This document shows positions 1 to 11,035 of a DNA stretch of 64,000 nt, one piece after another. Below the pieces are notes generated by a model. The model saw only the letters and a list, made by a program, of their open reading frames with translations, did no database searches and was not told the DNA's origin. The position numbers and the translations under genes are program-made. Location of the stretch: the NCBI GenBank assembly GCA_951406725.2, contig OX597822.1, forward strand, positions 4,712,001 through 4,776,000. Direction: 5' to 3'. This stretch comes from Octopus vulgaris. Its lineage: Eukaryota. How positions within the stretch are numbered: the stretch's first letter is position 1; every line of letters begins with the position of its first letter.

Positions 1-446
1 TCTTGTTATTCATGCTGTGCACCCTTCTCCCTGCAACTGCTAACCGGTATGCCCAATCCTTTACTATTAGTGACAATTGAATATTTCCCTTTTGCTTTTA
101 TATTGCTTATAGCTGCTTTTATTATTTCATAATTTTCACATTGCCATTTTGCTGAATCAGCCATTAATTTATGCGGTAAATACTATATTAGCTTAACCGT
201 CAGTGATGGAGTAGACACTACTTTAATTACAAGCAAAACTAGCTTGCTAGTATAGTGATCTTGCTTGCTGTGGGGTGGTTATCTCCCCTGTCAGCACATA
301 GAATGTGCTTTCTGTGCCCATAAGGGGTTTTCACTCTTGTTTGTAGCAATGCACCCTCAGTCACTATTAGTGACAACTGAATTTTTCCTTTTTGGTTTTA
401 TATTGCATCTAGCCACCTTCGTTATTTTATATATATATATATATAT

Positions 447-1440
447 ATCATCATTATCATCATTGTTTAATGTCTGCTTTCCATGCTGGCATGGGTTGGA
501 TGGTTTGACCGAGTACTGGCAAGCCAGGAGGCTGCACCAGGCTCCAATCTGATCTGGCAGGGTTTCTACAGCTGGATGCCCTTCCTAACGCCAACCACTC
601 CGAAAGTGTAGTGGGTGGTTTTTATGTGCCACCAGGATGGGGACCAATCAGGCAGCACTGGCATCAACCATGCTCAAATGGTGCATTTTATGTGCCACCG
701 GCACGGGTGCTAGTCAGGTGACACTGGCATTGGCCATGACTACGATTTTGCTTGGCTCAACAGGTCTTCTCAAGCACAGCATATTGCCTGCCAATTGAAG
801 GATACTTTTAAATGGACTGGTTATACAACACTGGCATCAGTCACAGCTAAATCTCACGTGACTTGCCAGGTCTTCTCAATCACAGCATATCTCCAAAGGT
901 CTCAGTCGCTTGTCATTGTCTCCGCGAGGCCCAATATTTGAAGGTCATGCTTCACCACCTCATCCCATGTCTTCCTGAGTCTACCTCTTCCACTGTTAGG
1001 GTGTGACACTTCTTCACACAGCTGCCCTCATCCATTCTTGCCACATGACCATTCCAGTTCTGTCGTCTCTCATGCACACCACATCTGATGCTTCTTATGT
1101 CCAACTTTTCTCTCAGGGCACTTCCACTCTGTTGTTTATGTACATTGACATTACACATCCTTCGGAGCATACTAGCTTCATTTCTCTCAAGCCTACGCAT
1201 GTCCTCAGCAGTCACAGCCCATGTTTTACTGCCGTGTAGCATGGTTGTTCACACACATGCATCATACAGTCTATCTTTCACTCTGAGTGAGAGGCCTTTT
1301 GTTACAAGCAGAGGTAGGAGCTCCCTGAACTTTGCCTAGGCTATTCTTATTCTAGCAGTTACACTCTCAGAGAATCCATCCCCACTACTGACTTGGTCAC
1401 CTAGGTAACAGAAGTTATCAACGACTTCTAGCTTTTCCTA
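447..1440 (-). mobile_element. RTE-clade LINE 3' fragment (ORF C-terminus, 3' UTR, (GAT)n tail)
   Basis: ORF 952-1242 reads LHGSKTW..RLERNEASMLR..REKLDI..RRQNWNGHVARM, the typical RTE C-terminus (LYGSETW..RRLRWFGHV.RM). The UTR ends in the CCATGCyrGCATGG stem and a TGA-repeat tail near 447-465. Confidence 0.85.
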
Positions 1441-1444
1441 ATCC

Positions 1445-1653
1445 CCATTTAATGTCCATTTTCTATGCTGGCATGGAGGGGATGGTCCAAAAGGAGCTGG
1501 CAAGCCAGAAGCCAATACTAATTTCCGTTATTTTGGCAGGGTTTCTATGACTTGATGGCCTTCCTAACACCACTCACTTTACAGCAAGTACTCTGGCTCT
1601 CCAGCTGTCAGACCAACCAATCTATGTCAGCATAGAAAATGGACATTAAATGG
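1445..1653. repeat. Two RTE-type 3' tails in opposite orientation with a perfect 26-bp terminal inverted repeat
   Basis: CCATTTAATGTCCATTTTCTATGCTG (1445-1470) is the exact reverse complement of 1628-1653. Confidence 0.8.
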
Positions 1654-1667
1654 CAATTATATATATA

Positions 1668-1986
1668 CAGGGTGTCCTAGTGATAACTATCTATTTCAAT
1701 GAAATCAGACAATTTTTTTTAAATCTCACTTTTATTTATGTTAAAAGTGTATAAATTTTTAATTTTACTCTTTACTCTCTCTTTTACTTGTTTCAGTCAT
1801 TTGACTGTGGCAATGCTGGAGCACCGCCTTTAATCAAGCAACTCGACCCCGGGACTTATTCTTTGTAAGTCCAGTACTTATTCTATCGGTCTCTTTTGCC
1901 GAACAGCTAAGTGACGGGGACATAAACACACCAGCATTGGTTGTCAAGCAATGCTAGAGGGACAAACACAGACACACAAACATACA

Positions 1987-2054
<68 letters not shown>

Positions 2055-2616
2055 CACGATGGGCTTCTTTCAGTTTCCGTCTACCAAATCCACTCACAAG
2101 GCTTTGGTCGGCCCGAGGCTATAGTAGAAGACACTTGCCCAAGGTGCCACACAGTGGGACTGAACCTGGAACCATGTGGTTGGTAAACAAGCTACTTACC
2201 ACACAGCCACTCCTGTGCCTATTTTGTTTATAATTTTATAATTTTTAATTATTGTTTTTTTTTCTTATTTTCATTCCTATTGGACCTTGCTTATCTGTCC
2301 CCAATAGCTTTTTTTTCAATTTGGCAGCCATCATCTTCTCTATCTTCCTCCTGCGGATGGAGCAATAGTTTAGCTGAACTTAAAGAACACATTGAGTTAG
2401 CAGAGCAGGAGATGACTCCTGAAATGCTTCAAAATCTGTTCTGCAACACTAAGGAGAGATTTGAAATTTTGAAATTTTTAATAAATTTTTGACGTAAGAT
2501 TTATAAATCTATTTGTTTTGGTATCATAATTAAGTAACAAAAATAAAATTCTGTCAGTTTTTTTAAAAACTTTGCCTGATTTCATTGAAATAGATTGTTA
2601 ATTCTGGAACACCCTG
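1668..2616 (+). mobile_element. Internally deleted Tc1/mariner-superfamily DNA transposon, interrupted by a SINE
   Basis: Imperfect ~50-bp TIRs CAGGGTGT..TCTATTTCAATGAAATCAG and TA on both flanks. ORF 2280-2492 SLAELKEHI..EMTPEMLQNLFCNTKERF resembles a transposase C-terminus. Confidence 0.8.
1764..2220 (-). mobile_element. tRNA-derived SINE, family A (internal microsatellite, AAAGAGT-like tail)
   Basis: On the minus strand: A box TGGCTGTGTGG, B box GGTTCAGTCCC, CCTTGGGCAAGT core-like motif, internal (TA)n(TG)n. Near-identical copies lie at 6921, 10568 and 54669. Confidence 0.9.
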
Positions 2617-2624
2617 TATATATT

Positions 2625-2656
<32 letters not shown>

Positions 2657-2708
2657 CATGCACACATGTATGTATGTGTGTGTATATATATACATATATA
2701 TATATACA

Positions 2709-2885
2709 CTGGCGTAAACAAGGTGGAAAAAAGAGTACTCAAATACCAGAGGTAGAGTAATATGCTTTATTTAAAAGCAGCAGAAATATAACAGTTTTGT
2801 TAACAAAACTGTCCGACGAACAGGAACGTGAAACTCTGGGTAACAGCTTTTGTTATATTTCTGCTGCTTTTAAACAAAGTATATA
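2709..2885. mobile_element. Short fold-back Penelope-type (pLTR-like) element in a (TA)n tract
   Basis: Inverted arms TATGCTTTATTTAAAAGCAGCAGAAATATAACA / TGTTATATTTCTGCTGCTTTTAAACAAAGTATA, a perfect central palindrome at 2791-2812, homology to 5565-5835, and a hammerhead-like motif. Confidence 0.6.
2805..2851 (+). ncRNA. Decayed or variant type I minimal hammerhead ribozyme motif
   Basis: ctgt-CCGACGA-ACA GGAA CGT-GAAAC-TCTGG-GTA-acag: stem I ctgt/acag, imperfect stem II, GAAA and GUA triplet. Core position 4 is C rather than U. Confidence 0.5.
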
Positions 2886-2928
2886 TATATATATACGTAC
2901 ACATGTATATATAAATATACATATACAC

Positions 2929-2966
<38 letters not shown>

Positions 2967-2979
2967 GCACACATGTATG

Positions 2980-3034
<55 letters not shown>

Positions 3035-3895
3035 GCATACACACACAAAATGTGTTCTGTATTGAGTTAGCATTTTAATAGCATCCATGTGCGATTGTCT
3101 CATACTGTGGGTTGCTAGGGAGATTGCCGAGGGAATTCTAGCTGTGACACTGAGAATATAAAGCAATTTATGCAGAAGGTTCTTTTACTCACTGGCTGAC
3201 TTAGAGCAATTGTTGTTGTTGCTGTTGTTGTTGTTACAGCTACTGCTATTAACATTGCAGCTTATCATCTGTACTTTTGCTATCAATTTTTTTGAGCACA
3301 GTTATTTCTTTTTTTTCTTCTTCGTTTTTTTTTTCCCATCACAACCGACGTTATTTTGTGAGTCAAATTCACCAAAGTGTTGTCAGTGGTCAGATGGTGC
3401 AAGATAAGGAAACATTTGGCATTACATTTAACACATCTGATAAGGTAAGTTCAATGTTCGAAGTTGTAATGTGTCTATCAGAGTAATGTGTCACTGGTGT
3501 AGAACTAAGATAGTCAACACGTCTATCAAAATTCATAGACTTCAAAGATATTTTGTTTTTACTAGTTTAACACAAATAACTTAGTTCAACAAGAAAACAT
3601 GAAAGTCTTTAGAAACTTATTTTATCTTCTTTTCTTTTTCACACTAACACACACACATGCGCACCCAAACACACATACATCCACACAATACATACATACA
3701 CACATACACATATAGACATACATACATACACACATGTAGACATACATGTATGAATGGAGGCATATGTGTATAAGCAGACATTGATATTTATGCATACAAG
3801 TGTATTTTATCAGCAAAGTTTTAATATGTGCTTCTCCACACTCGAATAGCTAGGACAGTATATCACACCTGTGTGCTCGTGTGCATTTATACATG

Positions 3896-3969
<74 letters not shown>

Positions 3970-4379
3970 TTATTTATTAATAACGTAGATGGTGAATGAA
4001 ATTTCAATATGTTCGCAAATTTACTTCAAATTTATAACAATGAGAAGCCTTTTCAGTGAGCTGACAAATAAATTACACATAGAAAGATATATTTAATCTC
4101 TATAGGACATGATGGAGATATATTTAGTCTTGTTCCACAGAGATTAAAAGTTACATGTAATGAAACAACACATCCGGAAACTGATATGCTATAGTTTGGG
4201 ACATAGCTGCAGTTGTGTTAGTCCTGACTAAAGATGAATACATCCCTTTACTGATTGTGAATTGCTATCTGGTAACAACCTTAATATGTAGAATTTGAGC
4301 TGGCAAGACTTTTATGCTGAGTTCTTTCTTCGTCCAGCAGATATATAAACAAATACAGTGGATTCTCTGATAAACTGAC

Positions 4380-4545
4380 AGAAGTTTTGATTCTTAGATA
4401 GATAAGAGGTACTGGAGTAAGCTAAAGAAACACTTTAGAAGTGGGTTGGAAGAAGTTTAATGTGCTAATTATCTCTATTAATGACAAAAGATTTCTCTTA
4501 CCATGCACAAGGCAACTATGAGAAGCCATGGTCAATGAACATGGA
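4380..4545 (+). mobile_element. Highly decayed RTE LINE fragment
   Basis: GGTTGGAAGAAGTTT..AAAAGATTTCTCTT..AAGGCAACTATG parallels the reverse complement of 1250-1400. Confidence 0.4.
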
Positions 4546-4702
4546 AGAACAGTAGTGTTTTAAGAGACAATATTATAAATGATTAGTTAGATGGTAACTT
4601 TATATTCTGATCTCAAATCCTACCAAAGACAACTTTATCCATCCTTCCAGAGTTGATAGGATAAAAAAAAACCTAATCCAGAATAATAGATCTGTGGAAT
4701 TA

Positions 4703-4933
4703 TTAACTCTTTAGCATTTAATCCAGCCATATTTGGCCCAAATAGTCTACCTGCTTTATGTTAAAACTGACCATGTCTGACCTCACAATATACCTACCCT
4801 ACAATATCATTCTAAAAATATACAAACACACCATTGTAATCGTGAAACTACAAGATAATGTGTGATTAATTCAAAGCAATGTAAATAAGTAAACGGTATA
4901 TTTGACAAAGAAATCTGAGTGTTAATGGCTTCA
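4703..4933. mobile_element. TTAA-type (piggyBac-like) MITE, decayed
   Basis: Left end TTAACTCTTTAGCATT; degenerate right end GAGTGTTAATGGCTTCA (expected AATGCTAAAGGGTTAA). Confidence 0.5.
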
Positions 4934-5680
4934 GGTACTGGACAAAGCATTTAGTAGTTTGCAATCCAGCTGTTTACATTCTAAGTTCTCAGGTAGGTGT
5001 GGCAACATATCTTTAGGCCAACAAGTGTGGCAACATATCTTTATGAAACCAACAAGTTGATGTCTTGTAACAATTACTTAACAGAAGGCAACAGGAAATC
5101 ATCCTTTACAGGCATATAGAGCTTGTCATTCATCAATCTGATGGTACAAGAATGACAGACAGTAATACTAAGGTGAAATGAAAAGGCAGGGCACAAACAA
5201 GCTGGGATAACTAGAAGCATCAATTGAGAACGTGGTCATATGGAGGATATGCAACATGAATTATTGAATATAAAAGTGCTGTGAGCAAACAATGACAGAA
5301 TAAGATATGAAAATATAGAATAGTGATGGTTGTATTCAGAATTCAAGATATTGGTTCTAAAAGATGAGATGCTGAAAAACATAAATGAATGATGATATGG
5401 TTTACTACAGATTTGTCCAACCTTTGCAATGAAAGGAAAATGGAAGTCATGATGTTGATTGTATTGAGTTCTTTTTTTTTGTGTGTGTGTGTGTATATAT
5501 AGGTTTAGCAAAGAAAGGAAGGTAAATAAAAGTGATAAATAAATTATGTATATATATATATACACCAGAGAAAGCACATAAATCTGAAACAAGGTAGGAA
5601 AAAATAGTACTCGAATACCAGAGGTAGAGTAATATGCTTCTTTATTAAAGCTATAAAAACATCTCAAAAATATCAAGAAA

Positions 5681-5722
5681 AACTGCTACTCAGAGTTTTA
5701 TGTTCCTGTTCATTGGGCAGTT
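5681..5722 (-). ncRNA. Decayed hammerhead motif (antisense arm)
   Basis: Minus strand: aactgc-CCAATGA-ACA GGAA CAT-AAAAC-TCTGA-GTA-gcagtt. Changes fit CpG decay. Confidence 0.4.
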
Positions 5723-5746
5723 GTGATCAAAATAGTTCTTGATCAC

Positions 5747-5788
5747 AACTGTCTGACAAATGGGAGTATGAAACTCCGAGTAGCAGTT
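5747..5788 (+). ncRNA. Decayed type I minimal hammerhead motif
   Basis: aactgt-CTGACAA-ATG GGAG TAT-GAAAC-TCCGA-GTA-gcagtt: 6-bp stem I, near-palindromic helix III ACTC-C-GAGT, G8A change in the core. Confidence 0.5.
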
Positions 5789-6514
5789 TTTTGTGATATT
5801 TTATGATGTTTTGAAGCTTTAATAATAAAGTATGTATGTATGTATACATACATACATACATATCACTGCTGTGGTTTGAGCCTAAAATTTAAATCTACAA
5901 AAAAAGTTTGGCATTTACATTTTAGGGTGCACTGCTGTAATTATTCATTGATTGGTTCTAGCATAACCATTTATCTACTTTGCCTAATCATTGTATTGAA
6001 TCCTAAGCATTTTTTATAGAGTAAAATTATGCTTTTTAAAACTAGATATAGTTAGAAATATGTTAGAAATTCCCAAATACTGACATGCATCTTTGTGCTA
6101 TGTCCAGCTAAGACATATAGAGACTATTTGTAATTGCATCTAACAGTTAAAAGGCCTGGAATTTAGAGGAAGAGGTTTAATGGATTGAATCAGATCTAGT
6201 ACTTCATTGGTACTTTATCTTATTGACTCTGATTGGATGAAAGGTAAAGCTGACCCTAATGGGATTGAAACTCAGCCTATAAAGGACCAGAACAAATACC
6301 ACAAAGCTATTTGAAATGTTCTAATGCTTGAGTTACCTTGTATAGAATACTAATAGTAAAATTAATTAATGCTGCAGGTTGTATGAAGAAGCAGTAACTC
6401 AAAGCAGACATTAAGTATTATTGAAATAAAAGCATTTTAAAGGCAGGCTCATGTTGCTGGAACCTGGTAAACTGAAAGGGGCACAAATAACAAACTTAAA
6501 ATTGACGTAGCCTC

Positions 6515-6710
6515 TATGTGGTTGCTAAACCTGTTAGAAATACATCCAAATCTCCCTCACATCACACAGTGCCATCTTAGAAAAGGACTTGGATTATGTG
6601 GTTCTGACTTCCCTACATGTAAGGAAAAGATATGGTAATAGCTGTGGCTGTATATTGCCTCTGAATATTGATCTGCTTGATCAGGACTGACCTGGGGTTA
6701 AAAGAAGAAA
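6515..6710 (+). repeat. Old dispersed repeat (probable SINE/LINE 3' part); further copies near 14955-15145, 20765-20965, 38820-39030 (-) and 45520-45735
   Basis: Shared motif series TGCTAGAAATAG..AAATC..CCATCTTAAAA..TCTGCT..ATCAG..CTGACCTGGGG.TAAA-(CAA)n, strongly diverged between copies. Confidence 0.55.
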
Positions 6711-6857
6711 ACGCATGCACACATACAGACACACTCACACAGACACACACAAAAATATAATTGTAGAAGCATGAAGGTTACTGGTGATGTATGTATATAT
6801 GTATATCACCATCATTGTTTAACATCTACCTTCCATGCTGGCATGAGTGATATACAT

Positions 6858-6920
<63 letters not shown>

Positions 6921-6922
<2 letters not shown>

Positions 6923-7314
6923 CTCTCTTTTACTTGTTTCAGTCATTTGACTGCGGCCATGCTGGAGCACCGCCTTTAGTGGAGCAACTCGACCCCGGGA
7001 CTTATTCTTTGTAAGCCCAGTACTTATTCTATCGGTCTCTTTTTGCCGAACCGCTAAGTGACGGGGACGTAAACACACCAGCATCGGTTGTCAAGCGATG
7101 GTGGGGGACAAACACAGACACACAAACACATATATATATATACATATATACGACAGGCTTCTTTCAGTTTCTGTCTACCAAATCCACTCACAAGGCTTTG
7201 GTCGGCCCGAGGCTATAGTAGAAGACACTTGCCCAAGATGCCACGCAGTGGGACTGAACCCGGAACCATGTGGTTGGTAAGCAAGCTACTTACCACACAG
7301 CCACTCCTGCACCT
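6921..7314 (-). mobile_element. tRNA-derived SINE family A, full length
   Basis: Same A/B boxes, core and tail as 1764-2220; CpGs largely retained, so probably young. Confidence 0.9.
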
Positions 7315-10049
7315 ATTGATATATATATATGGTGAGGGAGAGAGAACAAGAGAGACAAGTGCTTATATATATTTATGTGTGTATGTTGCAAGTGTATATA
7401 TACATACATGAAGATGATTTAAATCATATTAAACAACACTCAAATATGCTAGTGATGAACACTGCTTTAGTATACAGCTATTAATAATTATATTTAATGC
7501 TTTCCACCTCAAAAATCCAATTTTTCAACTCAATGCACAAACTGAATTATTGAAAAAAAATATAAAATATAAGTTGTAATTATTTTTTTCCCCGCAATTT
7601 TCCAAGATATTCAGTTGTACACAAGTTATGAAAATGGGAAAAAAAAAATTATTTGATCTAATCTTGAACTAATGAGTACTGAAGCATTCTTAACAGATTC
7701 AGAAAGATGGCAATCCTTATCTTATAATTATACATGAATTAAATTTTAGATAACATTCCCATAATAATGGAAAATAAGAAAACTAGGGAAAAAAAAAACT
7801 AAGAAAGAAATGCTAGCAAAGAAGCAAATAAAAATAGAAAAGATAATTTTCTTCTACTACTACTACTACTACTACTACTGTTGTTGTTGCTACTGTTGTT
7901 GACACTGCCTATGGTACAGTTAGAAATGGATTTAGATGTACGGACATAGAGAGTAAGATTATGAAGAAATACCAGAAGACTAAACAGAAATTTGAATTCT
8001 CCAAAGAATGAAGAAGCTGTCAAACTAGGAAGCAGATCAGTGACGATGATGTAGTTGGATACAAAAATGCATTTATAATAGATTTGTAATAGATATTTTT
8101 TTTAAAAAATCTATTATATATATTTGTAATAGATATTTAAAAATAATCTATTTTGGCTCAATATAGAAAATACTGTGAAATGATGACTCATATGAAGAGA
8201 TTCATAATTATATGAAATCAAAGAATCCTGTGACACAGTGTGTGAAAAAATATAATTATAGGAATTTTGCCTGAACATACAGCTCAATTTATTTTTTCCA
8301 ACAGCCTACAAGTTGACTTCATTTCTTCACTTGCTGGTGTCTTTTTAAAAGCTTTATTCGACTACATTAAAAATCTCCCTTGCTGGCAAAATGACCCTTA
8401 AATCTTATATCAATCAAGCTGATGGAAAATTCTTTTGAAAGAAGATATTCTATTTATTTTAAAGAATCACGCAAGATTAAATAATTTGGAATCTAAAGAT
8501 CAGTGCATACTTTCAAGATAAATTAGTCTATTATTAAACATGCTTCTCTGGAAACACATAATGTAATATTTGCCTCATCAAAAAGCTGAATATTTCACAA
8601 CAAAGTTTTAATATTTTAAACAAGAAATTAAAATTTTTGAGTGCTTCTAAGCAGTGTTGGAGTTTTGTTAAAACTTTTAATGTTTCTTGGTTAATAAATT
8701 CTTGTTTATAGTGGTATAAGTGCAGAGTAAGATTTTAATCTAATGCAATTAATCTCTTAAGAGTTCTCTCTCTTGTATAATTTATAATGTCAATAATTAT
8801 TTCCTTAAACATTCTTTGCCATCTGAAAATAATGATTATTTTAAGCATATTTTTAATTTGAATTCTTAAAATATATCAATGTTAACTTTCCAAAAATATT
8901 AACTATTCCAAGATTCTTTTGCACATTTTATGTTCATGACAGTCTTTTAGCAATGCTACTCACACTTCGAATTTAGAATTTTTCTGTAGTATCTTGCCAA
9001 CCAATAATAAATAGTATGAACAAATTTATAGTCTGAAGTTCCCATTTTCTATGATCTTCTGAAGATCAGCACCTGACTTGTGAGTGTACATCACTATGTG
9101 TTTGTCTCTCACCACCTGACAGCTGTTGTTGGATCGTTTACATACCAATAATTTAGCAGTTTGGCAAAAGGGATCAAGTGAATAAGGAATTAATTTTATT
9201 GGCAAGGTCTTCAAAATGATGTCCCAGCTTGGTCACAGTCCAATGACTAAATCAAGTAGGAGAATAAAAGAATGTTCAACTTTCTTCATGTGGATATAAA
9301 AACATTCTATATCTATTTGTCATGCAGACAGGGGATCCGGCACATTTAGGAATTTTATATAGTGTTGGTACAGTTGTTTTTATAACTGAATGCCCTTTCT
9401 ACTAGTACCTACTCACATATAAACTAAAAAAAAAAAACTTCAGAAATAACAGCTAAGATTTTAATGTTAGTATTATTACACATTGTAAACATAGGACTAG
9501 AACTATCTATCTTTTGCTTGCTGGATGACTGTTTACCAATTATTCCACACCAGACTTGCTCTCGTTTCCATTAGTAGAATATCCTACCATGACAACGCCA
9601 AGTGGATGATAATTCATTTTTGAAGCAAAAGGGATATCATAGCTGTAAAGTAGCACAGTAAAGATAGCAGAAAATAATCTTTTATTCTACAACTTTATGA
9701 CGACGGAATGACAGGACTCTCACGTAATTGGTAGCATGAAGTTTGAATCCCATCAGTGGATCTCTCGTACGTTTTTATTCTGTCTTAAATTAGTGCTCAT
9801 TATATCTAATATCAATGGTGAATCTTCTTAGTAAGTACAGTGAGAAAACTAAATATAGGTACAGTAGTGAAACGCACAAAATTCAACAGCTGCATCTCTG
9901 TTAATTTATTTTAATAGCAGCTTTTTATTTCTATGCTTCTAGGTTTCTGTGATATTAAATTTATTACAAACATGGAAGTCGGAATCTTGCAATGAGTAAT
10001 GACAGAGTGAAAAGCATTTGCCTTGATTAAATATGAGCTCAGGCAGAGC

Positions 10050-10490
10050 TGGATAAGACACAGCATAGCAATCTGTCTTACTTGCTCTTTTTATATGCAA
10101 GTAAGACATGGTCTACTACAAAGAAAAATAGTGACTAGCTATGATGTGAAGGACCATGGAAAGATCGATTTTAGGAATAACATTATGGAAGCATATTTAA
10201 AAGGAGATAATTCAAGAATGGAAATAAGTGAACAATTTGACCATGAATTATTAAAAGCACAAGTTCTAAAACTCAGATACAACAGGTGGAACTGTGCAGT
10301 TCTTAAATGGTATCTAAGGGATTGAAAGAGACCACTTGGAAGATTTCAAAGATTATAGGAAAATGACATAATCAAAAAATTCAGGTCTAAATAGAAGGGA
10401 AGTGCACAATCAAGGGCCCATAGAAGGTAACTAACATGTAATTTACAGAACTGCAGTAAAGTTTGTCTAAAATGACTTAACATTACGGTC
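10050..10490 (+). mobile_element. Decayed RTE-like LINE C-terminal fragment
   Basis: NRWNCAVLKWYLRD*KRPLGR parallels NRWMHAVVEWYPRERKRPP of the young copy at 42399. Confidence 0.5.
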
Positions 10491-10567
10491 TGATTTCAGG
10501 ACACAGTAAACATTGCTTAGTCATAAATCAGTCTCTAATGGCAAACATAATTGCTAAATTTGCTAAC

Positions 10568-10733
10568 AGGCGCAGGAGTGGCTGTGTGGTAAGTAGCTTG
10601 CTAACCAACCACATGGTTCCGGGTTCAGTCCCACTGCGTGGCATCTTGGGCAAGTGTCTTCTACTTTAGCCCCGGGCCAACCAATGCCTTGTGAGTAGAT
10701 TTCGTAGATGGAAACTGAAAGAAGCTTGTCGTA

Positions 10734-10789
<56 letters not shown>

Positions 10790-11035
10790 CGTGTGTGTAT
10801 GTATTTGTGTGTATATGTTTGTGTGTCTGTGTTTGTCCCTCTTGCATTGCTTGACAACTGATGCTGGTGTGTTTACGTCCCCGTCACTTAGCGGTTTGGC
10901 AAGGGAGACCGATAGAATAAGTACTGGGCTTACAAAGAATAAGTTCCGGGGTCGATTTGCTCGACTAAAGGCAGTGCTCCAGCATGGCCGCAGTCAAATG
11001 ACTGAAACAAGTAAAAGAGTAAAAGAGAGAGAGAG
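10568..11035 (+). mobile_element. tRNA-derived SINE family A, full length
   Basis: Head GGCGCAGGAGTGGCTGTGTGGTAAG, B box GGTTCAGTCCC, long internal (TA)n, tail GTAAAAGAGTAAAAGAG. Confidence 0.9.

Larger units (their letters stand above)
5565..5835. mobile_element. Fold-back Penelope-type element with a hammerhead-like motif in each arm
   Basis: ~90-bp imperfect inverted arms centred near 5733. It shares the AACAAGGT..AGTACTC.AATACCAGAGGTAGAGTAATATGCTT extension with 2717-2767 and is flanked by microsatellites. Confidence 0.65.

Noticed and set aside
2797-3166. [12 protein letters not shown] and LSLS-type ORFs here and throughout the ORF track (e.g. 32337-32701, 56080-56709)
   Set aside because: They are translations of stop-free dinucleotide microsatellites.
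3340-3450. Plus-strand exon with consensus donor AAG|GTAAGT and faint EVH1-like words (QWSDG, TFGITF)
   Set aside because: The similarity needs a frameshift, and no clean acceptor follows the pyrimidine tract.
7088-7411. Recurrent ORFs such as LLSVSVYQIHSQGFGRPEAIVEDTCPRCH
   Set aside because: They are chance frames within SINE family A copies, not a gene family.
9537-9642. Minus-strand terminal exon YDIPFASKMNYHPLG..VE*
   Set aside because: The acceptor is good, but there is no compatible partner exon and the neighbouring sequence looks like a decayed tRNA-SINE head.
10568-10645. tRNA gene
   Set aside because: The A/B boxes belong to a SINE head; there is no cloverleaf and the sequence continues into the SINE body.
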